Positions 1 to 8,569 of a DNA stretch of 20,000 bases are shown here, piece by piece. The number at the start of each line of letters is the position of its first letter. Position 1 is the stretch's first letter. Source of the stretch: an uncultured virus (IMG/VR IMGVR_UViG_3300027374_000004) (lineage: Duplodnaviria; Heunggongvirae; Uroviricota; Caudoviricetes). The DNA lies in IMG/VR virus record IMGVR_UViG_3300027374_000004, one strand, 5' to 3'. Below the pieces are notes generated by a model. That model was not told the DNA's origin and searched no databases. It saw only the letters and a program-made list of their open reading frames with translations. A program made the position numbers and the translations under genes.

Positions 1-95
1 GACCTCTTGCATGAGTACGTTCGGGCGATCTCATTGGCTCGATTCCTGCTGATTCCACGGGACATGAGATTTTTGACAAACTTTTTTCTGGTCAT
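1..95 (-). CDS. Phage hypothetical protein, partial (MTRKKFVKNLMSRGISRNRANEIART...)
   Basis: ATG at 95 overlaps the TGA of the upstream gene (ATGA); frame open to the window edge. Confidence 0.6.
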   Translation of the reverse strand, partial: MTRKKFVKNLMSRGISRNRANEIARTYSCKR

Positions 96-970
96 TTATC
101 CATCTCCTTTCCAATCTCGCCGCCGTCCAGTGTGAGTTGTCCGTCAAGGTTTTTGTCGTCCATCCACCAGCGAAACACATCATCTGCGGTTTTCCAGCGG
201 GTTTCAACCCCTCTCTCCTCCCGCACTTTAATCATTCTCTCAAACGATTTGAGATACATCTCTTTGTACTTGGGCCAAATCCGAAACTCTGTGTATCGTC
301 TTTTGCTTGCAATCGGGCAGCCGACGCACCCGCAGCGGCTAAATCCCATATCGTACACGGGGTTGATCTCCACCTTACCGTCCCTCAAAAAGTCCCACAC
401 ATCCCGGTCAGTAAAATCCACAATGGGGTGGATCTTGATTTTGGCCTTTACCTGGCACGGGGCAATGATCCGCTGATCCCAGTTGTCAAAGTCAAAAACG
501 ACTTTGTCCGCCCGTGTTTTGCCGAAGAGCTCGGCAACGCCGGAATCAGCTCGCCCATTGCTCTCACCGCTGCGTATCCCCAACACCATACACCGGTGGT
601 TGCCGCCGCCCTCCTTGAGCACCTGGCAGCAATACCTTACCCTCCGAGTAGGCGGAATAAGTTTTTGAGGAATGAGCTGCCACATACTGGTGGGATGCCC
701 TTTGTAGGTGGGATAATTGATGGTGCAGGGCACTCCGGCAAGCTCCAGCTCGTGGAATTTTTTGCGTACGTGCCTCACGGTCTCCGGGGCGTCTGCCGTG
801 GTGTGATTGTGGGATACCTCAAACCTCACCCCGGATCGCTTCAGCAGCTCCAAGCAGACCTTGCTGTCTTTCCCGCCGCTGTAAGCCAGCAGCAGGGGCT
901 TCTGGTAGTAAAACTCGCTTAGTTCAGCCGCCTGCTTCAGGCGCTGGATTGCTTTGTGTTCTTTGTCCAT
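92..970 (-). CDS. Phosphoadenosine phosphosulfate (PAPS) reductase family protein, phage type
   Basis: PP-loop YSGGKDS, RYCC..LKE, GIRSGES, HPIVDF..DVW, GCVGCP; ATG 970 follows AAGGAG. Confidence 0.88.
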   Translation of the reverse strand: MDKEHKAIQRLKQAAELSEFYYQKPLLLAYSGGKDSKVCLELLKRSGVRFEVSHNHTTADAPETVRHVRKKFHELELAGVPCTINYPTYKGHPTSMWQLIPQKLIPPTRRVRYCCQVLKEGGGNHRCMVLGIRSGESNGRADSGVAELFGKTRADKVVFDFDNWDQRIIAPCQVKAKIKIHPIVDFTDRDVWDFLRDGKVEINPVYDMGFSRCGCVGCPIASKRRYTEFRIWPKYKEMYLKSFERMIKVREERGVETRWKTADDVFRWWMDDKNLDGQLTLDGGEIGKEMDK

Positions 971-1015
971 CTTCAATCTCCTTTATCGCCCGAAACACCG
1001 GGTAAAACTGCTGTG

Positions 1016-1636
1016 TCACCACACTTGTTCTCCCCATTGCTCCGCCATAGCTTTAGCAATACCAGGGAATGTTTTTGAGCGTGTTTTCGGGTCTCACTCT
1101 TTTCTGCCTTGGAATCGTCTGTAATTGCCGTGAGCGTCCTTGCAGCCCCCATTCACATACGGCTCATGATATTCCATAATTTCTGTAGGCATAAGAGGCG
1201 GTAGACCTTTGAGCCATAAACAAGTGCGTTTGCTGTACGGGTGCCCAAACCAATAAGGCTGTATTGCCTGATTGTATGGAGGCAAGCCTACTATCTTCAT
1301 AGGAGTTGGGTTTTCTATGGCAATCTTAGGACAATCAGCATGGTAGAATTTCAAGAAAAACTCTTTCGCCTCCATTGCTTTTTCAAACCGCTCTGGTACA
1401 ATCTCACCATTGACCCTCATTCTTACGGCTCCGGCATTAGTCATGTATGTACAGGGGGGGAATGCAATAATCATGTCCCATTTAATTTTCAGCATTTCCA
1501 ATGCGTCCACCTGCAAATGCCATTCTGGGTACCCTCCAGAACAAGGCTCAATATCGCAGCTGTAGGCTTCGTGACCCAAGGATCTAAATGCCTTGCATAC
1601 TTCCTGTGATTCTTCACAGGCAACCAATACTTTCAT
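1016..1636 (-). pseudogene. Phage DNA cytosine-methyltransferase-like gene with in-frame TGA at 1094-1096
   Basis: KVLVACEES, SCDI, AFPPCTY, IENP, KRTCLWLKGLP; the same frame continues after the TGA as DPKTRSKTFPGIAKAMAEQWGEQVW*, which I recognise as the usual end of this family. Confidence 0.8.
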
Positions 1637-1645
1637 TTCTTCCTC

Positions 1646-2479
1646 CTATGCGTAATTAGCATCGTCTGAAAACAAGCTGGTCTGCCCAATTGGCTCAAAA
1701 TTTTGCCAGATGACTTCTTGTGCCAGTGCGGCAGAAGTGGTCCAAGAATAAACGCTGTCCTTGTACCACCCCTGCAGGGCGGTATTGTACAGATCGCTGT
1801 CATAACCGCTGATAACGATTTTTGCTCTGCTCTCTGTGATCAGTTCCAGCAGCCGTTCTTGCTGCTCATCGTTCATTTCGTAGCGGTACATTTTGCCGCT
1901 CTTTCGGGTGGAACGGACATAAGGCGGGTCTAGGTACATCAGCACATCAGGGCTGTTATAGCGCTCAATCAGCCGGAAAGCGTCCATGTGCTCGATCTGC
2001 ACCAGATTGGTGGTGCTGCCTCTAAGGCGTTGTGCTGCAAGATCAATGGTATCTGTGATCCCGCCCCATTTGCAGGCAGTTCCACCGATTTTCATCTGCT
2101 TATGGTTCCTCCAACCGCATTTACCGTCCATCTTTGCGCCTATGGCCTGAGTAGTACGCACCATATAACGCCGAGCTTTTTCTAGTGGATCCTCGCAGGC
2201 CTTAAAGGATCTGTCATATTCCTCTCGGCTGTACGGGGTAAGAGCCAGCACCCGTTTTAACTTCTCTGGTTGCTCCCGCAGCACCTGGAACAGGTTGACA
2301 ACATCGCTGTCCAGGTCATTTATGGTCTCTACCGCCCCTGAAGCCTTATTGAAAAAGACAGCGCCGGACCCGCAGAACGGCTCCAAGTAGACCATTTTTT
2401 CGTAACCCTCTGGGAAATGAGATATGATCCAGTTTGCAATGCCCCATTTACTGCCGGGGTATCTGATTATGGCTTTCAT
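1646..2479 (-). CDS. DNA adenine methyltransferase, Dam/D12 class
   Basis: RYPGSK, EPFCGSGAV, INDLD, catalytic YLDPPY. Confidence 0.93.
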   Translation of the reverse strand: MKAIIRYPGSKWGIANWIISHFPEGYEKMVYLEPFCGSGAVFFNKASGAVETINDLDSDVVNLFQVLREQPEKLKRVLALTPYSREEYDRSFKACEDPLEKARRYMVRTTQAIGAKMDGKCGWRNHKQMKIGGTACKWGGITDTIDLAAQRLRGSTTNLVQIEHMDAFRLIERYNSPDVLMYLDPPYVRSTRKSGKMYRYEMNDEQQERLLELITESRAKIVISGYDSDLYNTALQGWYKDSVYSWTTSAALAQEVIWQNFEPIGQTSLFSDDANYA

Positions 2480-2567
2480 TTCGCTTCCTCCGTGTATGCA
2501 CCCTCACCCTCCGTCGATCCTTGGGCACCTTCTCCGCCTGGCGCTATGGTTATTCCAAAAAAGAAAA

Positions 2568-3173
2568 TTATCCATAGCAGAAATAGATCGTGCTTCCCAG
2601 GGTGCGATCATGGTAAGAGTAATATATTTTCCCGGAAACACACCCGCTTTGTCCTACAACATCAGCAGGAATCGTACACCCATACTCCAAAACCCTTTTT
2701 GCGTTTCGGACGCATTTGGAGGTAGGTGTGCGCTTCAGGCTCCCGTTCCTCACACAGCCATATTGTCCAGGCTGATAAATTACTCCCCGGATCGTATCAG
2801 GATACCGACTGCTTTTCACCCGGTTTATTACCACGCTGGCAACAGCCTGCTGCACCCAATCCGGGAACCAATTACAGCCTGCCTCTGCATAGACCACACG
2901 AGCCAGCAGGTCGAGGTCTGCTGCCGTGTAATCCATTGCGATCAGGATCTCCTTACCGTCCTTCAGGCGGGAGAAATAATCGGTCTTCTGGTATCCAAGG
3001 CCCTGGGTTTCAATCTTGCGGTTTCTCAGGGCTTCGTATTCCCTGCCCTGGGCCATCGCCTCTGCGGAGCCGTTCTGCGCACATTTCCGCATTTCGGCGT
3101 AGTAGTCGATATTTCGAACCTGCGGCGGGAATGTCAGAGCCACGGATACCAGCAAGCAGATGATGTATTTCAT
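2568..3173 (-). CDS. SleB/CwlJ-like cell wall hydrolase (Hydrolase_2) with N-terminal signal/anchor
   Basis: LLARVVYAEAG, AVASVVINRV, YPDTIRGVIYQPGQY; hydrophobic N-terminus. Confidence 0.88.
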   Translation of the reverse strand: MKYIICLLVSVALTFPPQVRNIDYYAEMRKCAQNGSAEAMAQGREYEALRNRKIETQGLGYQKTDYFSRLKDGKEILIAMDYTAADLDLLARVVYAEAGCNWFPDWVQQAVASVVINRVKSSRYPDTIRGVIYQPGQYGCVRNGSLKRTPTSKCVRNAKRVLEYGCTIPADVVGQSGCVSGKIYYSYHDRTLGSTIYFCYG

Positions 3174-3406
3174 GCGAACCCCTCCCAGTAAATCCCATGA
3201 TCCCGCAGAATCTGGGGAAATTCCTGGGCAAAGAATTTGATCTGCTTTTTGGAGAGGTAGATCATGTCGCCAAACACCTTCCCACTGCTGATTGCCACGC
3301 CCTTTTTGCTGTCGTCAATGATGTACCGCAGACCACCGGGGCAGTCGCTGTCGATCACTCTGACGCTGTACTTTTCTTCCAGCGCTGTTGCTTTCCAATC
3401 GGTCAC
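3170..3406 (-). CDS. Hypothetical protein (78 aa)
   Basis: AAAGGAGG RBS before GTG; stop overlaps the next ATG. Confidence 0.7.
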   Translation of the reverse strand: MTDWKATALEEKYSVRVIDSDCPGGLRYIIDDSKKGVAISSGKVFGDMIYLSKKQIKFFAQEFPQILRDHGIYWEGFA

Positions 3407-3433
3407 GCTGATTCCTCCTTTCCAAATTCTCAG

Positions 3434-3781
3434 TCATTCTGATTTTGCTGTGGGCACTTCATTCAGTAGCCTTTCAGCCCTTTTTTTAAGATCGGGCAAA
3501 AGTTCCTCTTGCCTAGCTTTCAACCGATCGATCTCTTTCAGGTACCCACGAATTGTCTTTTCACGGAACTTCTTGAGATGGGATACCCGCACTTTCCGTT
3601 CCAGATCGGTACGGTGGGTAGTTAATGTCTGCATTGCCAGATCTGCCGCATAAAACACATATTTGTGTCCGCATGACGGACAAACGAAATAGTGGATTTC
3701 CAGATCTGATTTTCTCGTCACTTCAAAAGAAAGCGGCGTCACGTCAAATTCGGCCTGGCAAAAATTGCATTCCACTTTCAT
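3434..3781 (-). CDS. Zinc-ribbon/coiled-coil hypothetical protein
   Basis: CxxC...CxxC; AAAGGAG RBS; fits the operon. Confidence 0.75.
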   Translation of the reverse strand: MKVECNFCQAEFDVTPLSFEVTRKSDLEIHYFVCPSCGHKYVFYAADLAMQTLTTHRTDLERKVRVSHLKKFREKTIRGYLKEIDRLKARQEELLPDLKKRAERLLNEVPTAKSE

Positions 3782-3809
3782 AGCTTCTCCTTTCCACTCG
3801 CCGGTCTTC

Positions 3810-4241
3810 TCAATTCACGATGTTTCCCCGTGCGTCATAGACTAGCGACTGATCCTTGATTGCCAAAAGGATTCTGTACGCCTTTCGCAAGGTCAAAAGA
3901 TCGAAATACCCGAAATGACATTCTTCCACCGGGATATTCAATTTTCTTGCCAGCCAAGCGTACATATCTGATCGCTTTTTTTGAGCTTTCGACTTCCCTT
4001 GCCATTTGCTGTCAAAGATTTCGTGGCACATCTTTTTCCCTTTTCGCATATTGGCATCAGCCAGTATTCCAAGGGCTTCTCTGGGTCTCGGTTTATGCGT
4101 TCCCACATAGGCGCCGCAGCTCCGGCACAAGTAGCAATAACCGCTGCCATACGGTTTCCCGTATATCTCTGCATTGGATACATAGGCTACCTTTCCTCCG
4201 CAGAGATTGCACACCTTCGGGTGAAGATTCACAGTGCTCAT
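3810..4241 (-). CDS. Zinc-finger protein, DUF3268-like
   Basis: CNLCG...CRSCGAYVGTH, ALGILAD, CHEIFD, CHFGYFD. Confidence 0.78.
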   Translation of the reverse strand: MSTVNLHPKVCNLCGGKVAYVSNAEIYGKPYGSGYCYLCRSCGAYVGTHKPRPREALGILADANMRKGKKMCHEIFDSKWQGKSKAQKKRSDMYAWLARKLNIPVEECHFGYFDLLTLRKAYRILLAIKDQSLVYDARGNIVN

Positions 4242-4930
4242 TTTCCTTTCTCCATCTCTTCCCGCAAGCTCTCCTTGATGTAATAATCAAGCCCCAGCTT
4301 CTGGCAAAGCGTTTCAGTCTTTTCGCCGAACGCCTTCCAGTCGATATCCGATGGGTGATAGTTCAGCTTACCAATTTTCACTCGGTTTGCAATCCGACTG
4401 ACCAGGTGAAGCTCAATGAAAAAATTCCTTTCATCGGTGACCGGTTCAAACGAAACCCAGGTGTTTATGCCTTGAATATGCGCTTCCGAAAGGCTGTCCA
4501 GCCTCGCCCTGTAAGTGTCTGCAGATACGCCGTCAAGAGTGATCCCGTACCAGTCGTTTTCGTCCAGCAGGTCAAAATCTCGACTGCCGTCGCCCTTAGT
4601 CAGAATCTGGACGTGATTTCCGTACTCCTTAAGGAGCTTGATAATCTCCCGGGTCGTGCTGGTATCATAGCCCGTGGGGTAAGGGTCGCACGTAAAACAG
4701 AGGTGCACCAGTTTTCCCCGGAGGGTAGTATCTTTGTCGAGCTGTGTGCGAACCTTGCCTATAATGTTCTTCTTCGGTTCCACATGACTGTGGAAATCTT
4801 CCTTGGTGCGATGCAACACATTGGGTGCAAAGCAGTAATAGCAACGGTGCGGGCAGCCGGTATAGATATTTAATGCCCACTCTCCATATTCAGCTGCTTT
4901 CCCGCCTGGTTCATAAATTGGTCCTGCCAT
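4238..4930 (-). CDS. Radical SAM protein (SPL-like/phage type)
   Basis: NIYTGCPHRCYYCFA (CxxxCxxC), CDPY, ILTK, WVSFEP; ATG 4930 follows GGAGAGG. Confidence 0.85.
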   Translation of the reverse strand: MAGPIYEPGGKAAEYGEWALNIYTGCPHRCYYCFAPNVLHRTKEDFHSHVEPKKNIIGKVRTQLDKDTTLRGKLVHLCFTCDPYPTGYDTSTTREIIKLLKEYGNHVQILTKGDGSRDFDLLDENDWYGITLDGVSADTYRARLDSLSEAHIQGINTWVSFEPVTDERNFFIELHLVSRIANRVKIGKLNYHPSDIDWKAFGEKTETLCQKLGLDYYIKESLREEMEKGK

Positions 4931-5132
4931 TTTGATCCTCTCCTTTTTCAACGTCATCAAGGGCACATATCACAACTGAATTGCCGTGGCGGATATCCAG
5001 CAGCTCGGCTTGGTACAAGAATTCTCCTTTATCCGATTTGCGGAGAATGCAGCCGGTCAGGCGATATATTCCGCCGGCGCCTTTCCGTGTGACAAAGCGC
5101 CCCATGTTTTGCTTGACTCTTGTCAATTCCAT
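4911..5132 (-). CDS. Hypothetical protein (73 aa, MELTRVKQ...)
   Basis: ATG 5132 with GAAAGG upstream; fits between PcfJ and the radical SAM gene. Confidence 0.7.
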   Translation of the reverse strand: MELTRVKQNMGRFVTRKGAGGIYRLTGCILRKSDKGEFLYQAELLDIRHGNSVVICALDDVEKGEDQNGRTNL

Positions 5133-5234
5133 GTTTTTGCACTCAGCCTTTCTATAATTCGGTATTCCTGCCGGGGCAGGTGCCGCCGGAGCATATCCAG
5201 CGGCCACCGTTCCATGCGCTTGATGGTAATCTAC

Positions 5235-7181
5235 TCATGCGCTCACCCCCAGCGCCGACTTATTTGTACGCCACCGCACACAGGATTTGGCAAATCCCTC
5301 CGTAAAGGATCTGACCTCTTTGGGAGCGGAGCAATTTCCAAAACCGTGTAGTTGCTGGATTCTCCCGGTTTCCACATCAATCTCAGCGGTGAAAAAAGGC
5401 TTGTCCGGTTTCTCATAACTGCGGATAAAGAAGATCATACTTCTCCCGGCGATATGATTCTCGTAATACATCTTCATTCCTACGCAGTGGTTCAGGCACT
5501 GTCCTTCTGTGGTCAAATCACTGCGTTTTTGAGGATATACCACGCAATAGTCTTTGTTGGCATACTCATGTGCCCACCAGTACAGGCCGTCATCTATAGC
5601 CCGTTTAAACCTCTGGTTCTCAAGCTCGTCCTTCTGCTCATTGATCCTTGCAACCAGCAGGTCATGGCGCTCTTTTAGATCCCGGGGTTCCAAAATCGCC
5701 CGCTTGCTCATGTCGCTCTGAAGCGTATCCGCCATATTGAGATAATCTCTGTAGAGCGTGATGAAATAGGACAATTTGTTATGTCTGAGCTTAATTGATG
5801 CCAGGCTTCGCTGGGCTTGCACATATCTGAGAGTGTGCCCCAGCGTATTAAACCGCATAATATCTCTTACATACTGTAGATCGTAGCGATCCAGCCGCAA
5901 GGCACACAGATCTTTGAAATCCTCCGGCCGCACAGCCCCAGTTGCTTCAACAATGACCTTAATTTCATAAAAATCAGCTTGTGTCTCCCGCAGCACAGGC
6001 AGCCAGCTCCGGCCAATACCCAGCAGCTCCGACATATTTCTGGCGTCTTTTTTGGGGAGGAAATCTGACGCAAGCACAAAAAGCCCGGATTTCACAAGGT
6101 ACTCCGTTTGGGGTATGTTCTTCAGGTTGTCGAGCAGCCTACGGAAGCAGATAGGGCGTCGAATACCCGAAAGGCTGGTCTGCAGATCCACGTTGTAATA
6201 CTTATCGCCAAACACTTCACGCAGGTTTTCGGTGTACACATAGCTGTCACCATAGTTCTCTGTACCATTGCGCTGACGTCTCCAGTCATACCCATAATAT
6301 GGCCCTACTGTCCAAGCATAGGCATATTCTGTAGCTTTGCCGTTGTTTACTAGGAACAGTGTCTTAAAATAGTCTGAAAAACGGTAGCTGGGCTTTTTGC
6401 GGCCTGGCTCTATGGTCCTCACCACGTCCGTGTAGCGCAGGAGCAGCTGACCGTCAACCTTACAGGCGATACAGATTTTAGCCTTATGAGTTATTTCTGA
6501 CTTCTTGACCCACTCGGCTCGGTAGATTACAGGTAGCCCGCACTTGGGGCAAACGCCTTTTCCGCCCGGCTTAATCTCCCGGCCCACCCGAAATGATTTA
6601 CCGCAGTGACGGCAGGTCGCTCGGCGTTTACCTTTTTCCAGCTTGGAGATATACATCACCGATTCCTGGAACACCTTGTTTTCACAGAATTTTGCCAGGT
6701 CTGCAGGGTAAGCCGGGAACATAGCAAAATGCCGTTTTTGCAGCTCCATTTTGTTGTGCCACGCCAGATCTCTCTGCTCTCGCTTTGTATCGCTGACAAA
6801 TCGGGAAATTGCCTCTCCGACCTTGTGAATATCGTCACGCCAAAAGCCTGTGCTACCTAGCTTTTTTTCGACAGCATCAATGCTTTCCTGGGTTGCAGCC
6901 ATGCACGGATAGTCGTTATCGTAGAAATATCCCGAAACCGGATTGCGTTCTGTCCATTCTACCGAAAAATCCCGAAACGGGCGCACCACCTGCGTGATAT
7001 AGTTTTTGCCGTCTGAGAAAAATCGGTATAGTAACCCTTTGAGATCGTAGACGTCCACTGAGAGGACTTCTCCGCAACGTCCCGCCTGATGAATCGCTGC
7101 TCCGGCGGAGTATTGCAACTTTCCAGATGGCCCCGGCCCGGGGGTCAATGGCAGGTTTTCCAGAATACTTTTTATCAGCAT
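5235..7181 (-). CDS. PcfJ domain-containing protein
   Basis: C-terminal LKERHD, EGQCLNHCVG, IFFIR..KPDKPFFTAEI, QLHGFGN; internal CxxC pairs. Confidence 0.85.
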   Translation of the reverse strand: MLIKSILENLPLTPGPGPSGKLQYSAGAAIHQAGRCGEVLSVDVYDLKGLLYRFFSDGKNYITQVVRPFRDFSVEWTERNPVSGYFYDNDYPCMAATQESIDAVEKKLGSTGFWRDDIHKVGEAISRFVSDTKREQRDLAWHNKMELQKRHFAMFPAYPADLAKFCENKVFQESVMYISKLEKGKRRATCRHCGKSFRVGREIKPGGKGVCPKCGLPVIYRAEWVKKSEITHKAKICIACKVDGQLLLRYTDVVRTIEPGRKKPSYRFSDYFKTLFLVNNGKATEYAYAWTVGPYYGYDWRRQRNGTENYGDSYVYTENLREVFGDKYYNVDLQTSLSGIRRPICFRRLLDNLKNIPQTEYLVKSGLFVLASDFLPKKDARNMSELLGIGRSWLPVLRETQADFYEIKVIVEATGAVRPEDFKDLCALRLDRYDLQYVRDIMRFNTLGHTLRYVQAQRSLASIKLRHNKLSYFITLYRDYLNMADTLQSDMSKRAILEPRDLKERHDLLVARINEQKDELENQRFKRAIDDGLYWWAHEYANKDYCVVYPQKRSDLTTEGQCLNHCVGMKMYYENHIAGRSMIFFIRSYEKPDKPFFTAEIDVETGRIQQLHGFGNCSAPKEVRSFTEGFAKSCVRWRTNKSALGVSA

Positions 7182-7193
7182 ATTTACACCCCC

Positions 7194-7691
7194 TCAGAAC
7201 AGCGAAAGCTGTATCACTTCCGGCTTCGGCTTTTCCTTGGGTACCGGAGCGGAATTCTGTGCCGGTTTCTCTGTTTTCTTGGGCGCCGGCTTCGGTGTGG
7301 CTGCCCTCTTAGGAACCGACTTTGGTTTCTCGGGTACCCGGTTCATTTCTTCCTCCGAGGGAGCTTCACCAGTGAGCTCAATTTCCATGAGGAATCTAAT
7401 ATCGGAATTCGGAAAATAATTTTTCACGGCTCCCCGATACACATCGATGTCCGAAATGTGATTCCCACAGCCTTTCATGATCTCGGCGCAGCAGTCAGAC
7501 AGCGTGCGCTTGGTTTTATAGACAACTTCGGCAAACTTTGCATTTCCCTCACAGAAATTTGTAAGTGTAGATGCAACAAATTCCGAAACTGCCTTTTCCT
7601 TTTGCCCCCCGGAGAAGTTTTTCAACTCCTCAGCGATTTTTTCTTTTGCCACGGATTGGTAGTCCCTAGCCGTTCCCAGTATTTCTGTCAT
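7194..7691 (-). CDS. PcfK-like (AcrIIA9-related) protein
   Basis: FAEVV..TLSDC..I..ISDIDVY..AV.NYF core, Lys/Pro-rich tail ending QLSLF, directly upstream of PcfJ. Confidence 0.65.
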   Translation of the reverse strand: MTEILGTARDYQSVAKEKIAEELKNFSGGQKEKAVSEFVASTLTNFCEGNAKFAEVVYKTKRTLSDCCAEIMKGCGNHISDIDVYRGAVKNYFPNSDIRFLMEIELTGEAPSEEEMNRVPEKPKSVPKRAATPKPAPKKTEKPAQNSAPVPKEKPKPEVIQLSLF

Positions 7692-7715
7692 ACACGATTT
7701 CTCCTTTTCGATGAT

Positions 7716-8567
7716 TCAAAACAATGTAAGTTGTCCGCTGTCTGTTGTGCTCAAAGGCATTCTTTCAGGCTCGGGAGTCTCAGTAGGCTCAGTGATTTCT
7801 GGTATATCAGCCGCCGGTGCGTTACGTAAGATATAATCCATCTGAGCCACCATTCTGCGGCCTTGCCATACCTCAGAGTAAAACATAGGGGTAAACCAAA
7901 TATCCTGACCCTCTTGCAGGACAGGTAGCACCCCTGATCCTGCACACACGATGGGATTTGATAGACTGTTTCCCACTACTACATATCCGGCGCACCCTAA
8001 CAAAGACAGTTGTATGTAACACATGAGCGCCGCTGTCACATCGATGTCCTGAGCAACATACAGTGCCTGCAGCGGCCCTATGTTTTTTGATGCCAGCACG
8101 TTTCTGGCAGCTATGAGCAGTACACCCGCTCCGCAGCATGGATCTAGTATCCCCACATAGCCTTTCTGCTCGGCAGTTATATCCACAGTCTCCAAAGATG
8201 CGATCGCCATGAAGTGTCCTATGTGATACGGCGTGAAGAACTGTCCGTTCCAATGACTCCCCAAGCCCAGACCCATAAAGAGCTCCCCTAGAAAATCTTG
8301 TTCCGGGTTTTCCTCCAGGGCTTTTACCATAATCGCTAACAGTTCCGGGAATTTTTCAGCCTCCTGTTTTGCGTAGGATTGGGTAATGGATAAATATTGC
8401 TGCTCCCGTTTCTCCCGCAGCTCGCTTTTATCGAGGACATTTGATAATGAGATAGCCGCAAGCATTACAAAATCTGACCACACCTGCCAGTTGCTCTTAC
8501 TGCCGCACAAACCAGAAAACAGCTTTTTGAAATCAGCTTGATACTCGAATTTTCTCCGTTCGACCAT
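7716..8567 (-). CDS. N6-DNA-methyltransferase-like SAM-binding protein
   Basis: GQFFTP, ILDPCCGAG, AQDID, GNSL; no NPPY/F visible. Confidence 0.8.
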   Translation of the reverse strand: MVERRKFEYQADFKKLFSGLCGSKSNWQVWSDFVMLAAISLSNVLDKSELREKREQQYLSITQSYAKQEAEKFPELLAIMVKALEENPEQDFLGELFMGLGLGSHWNGQFFTPYHIGHFMAIASLETVDITAEQKGYVGILDPCCGAGVLLIAARNVLASKNIGPLQALYVAQDIDVTAALMCYIQLSLLGCAGYVVVGNSLSNPIVCAGSGVLPVLQEGQDIWFTPMFYSEVWQGRRMVAQMDYILRNAPAADIPEITEPTETPEPERMPLSTTDSGQLTLF

Positions 8568-8569
8568 CG

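Noticed and set aside
92..970. Complete Dnd/Ssp phosphorothioation system or cysH sulfate assimilation
   Set aside because: No cysteine desulfurase, DndD/E, SspB/C or cys pathway genes in the window
1094..1096. TGA recoding (alternative genetic code or selenocysteine)
   Set aside because: Many genes here end in TGA with ATGA coupling; only one internal TGA was seen, at a probably non-Cys position
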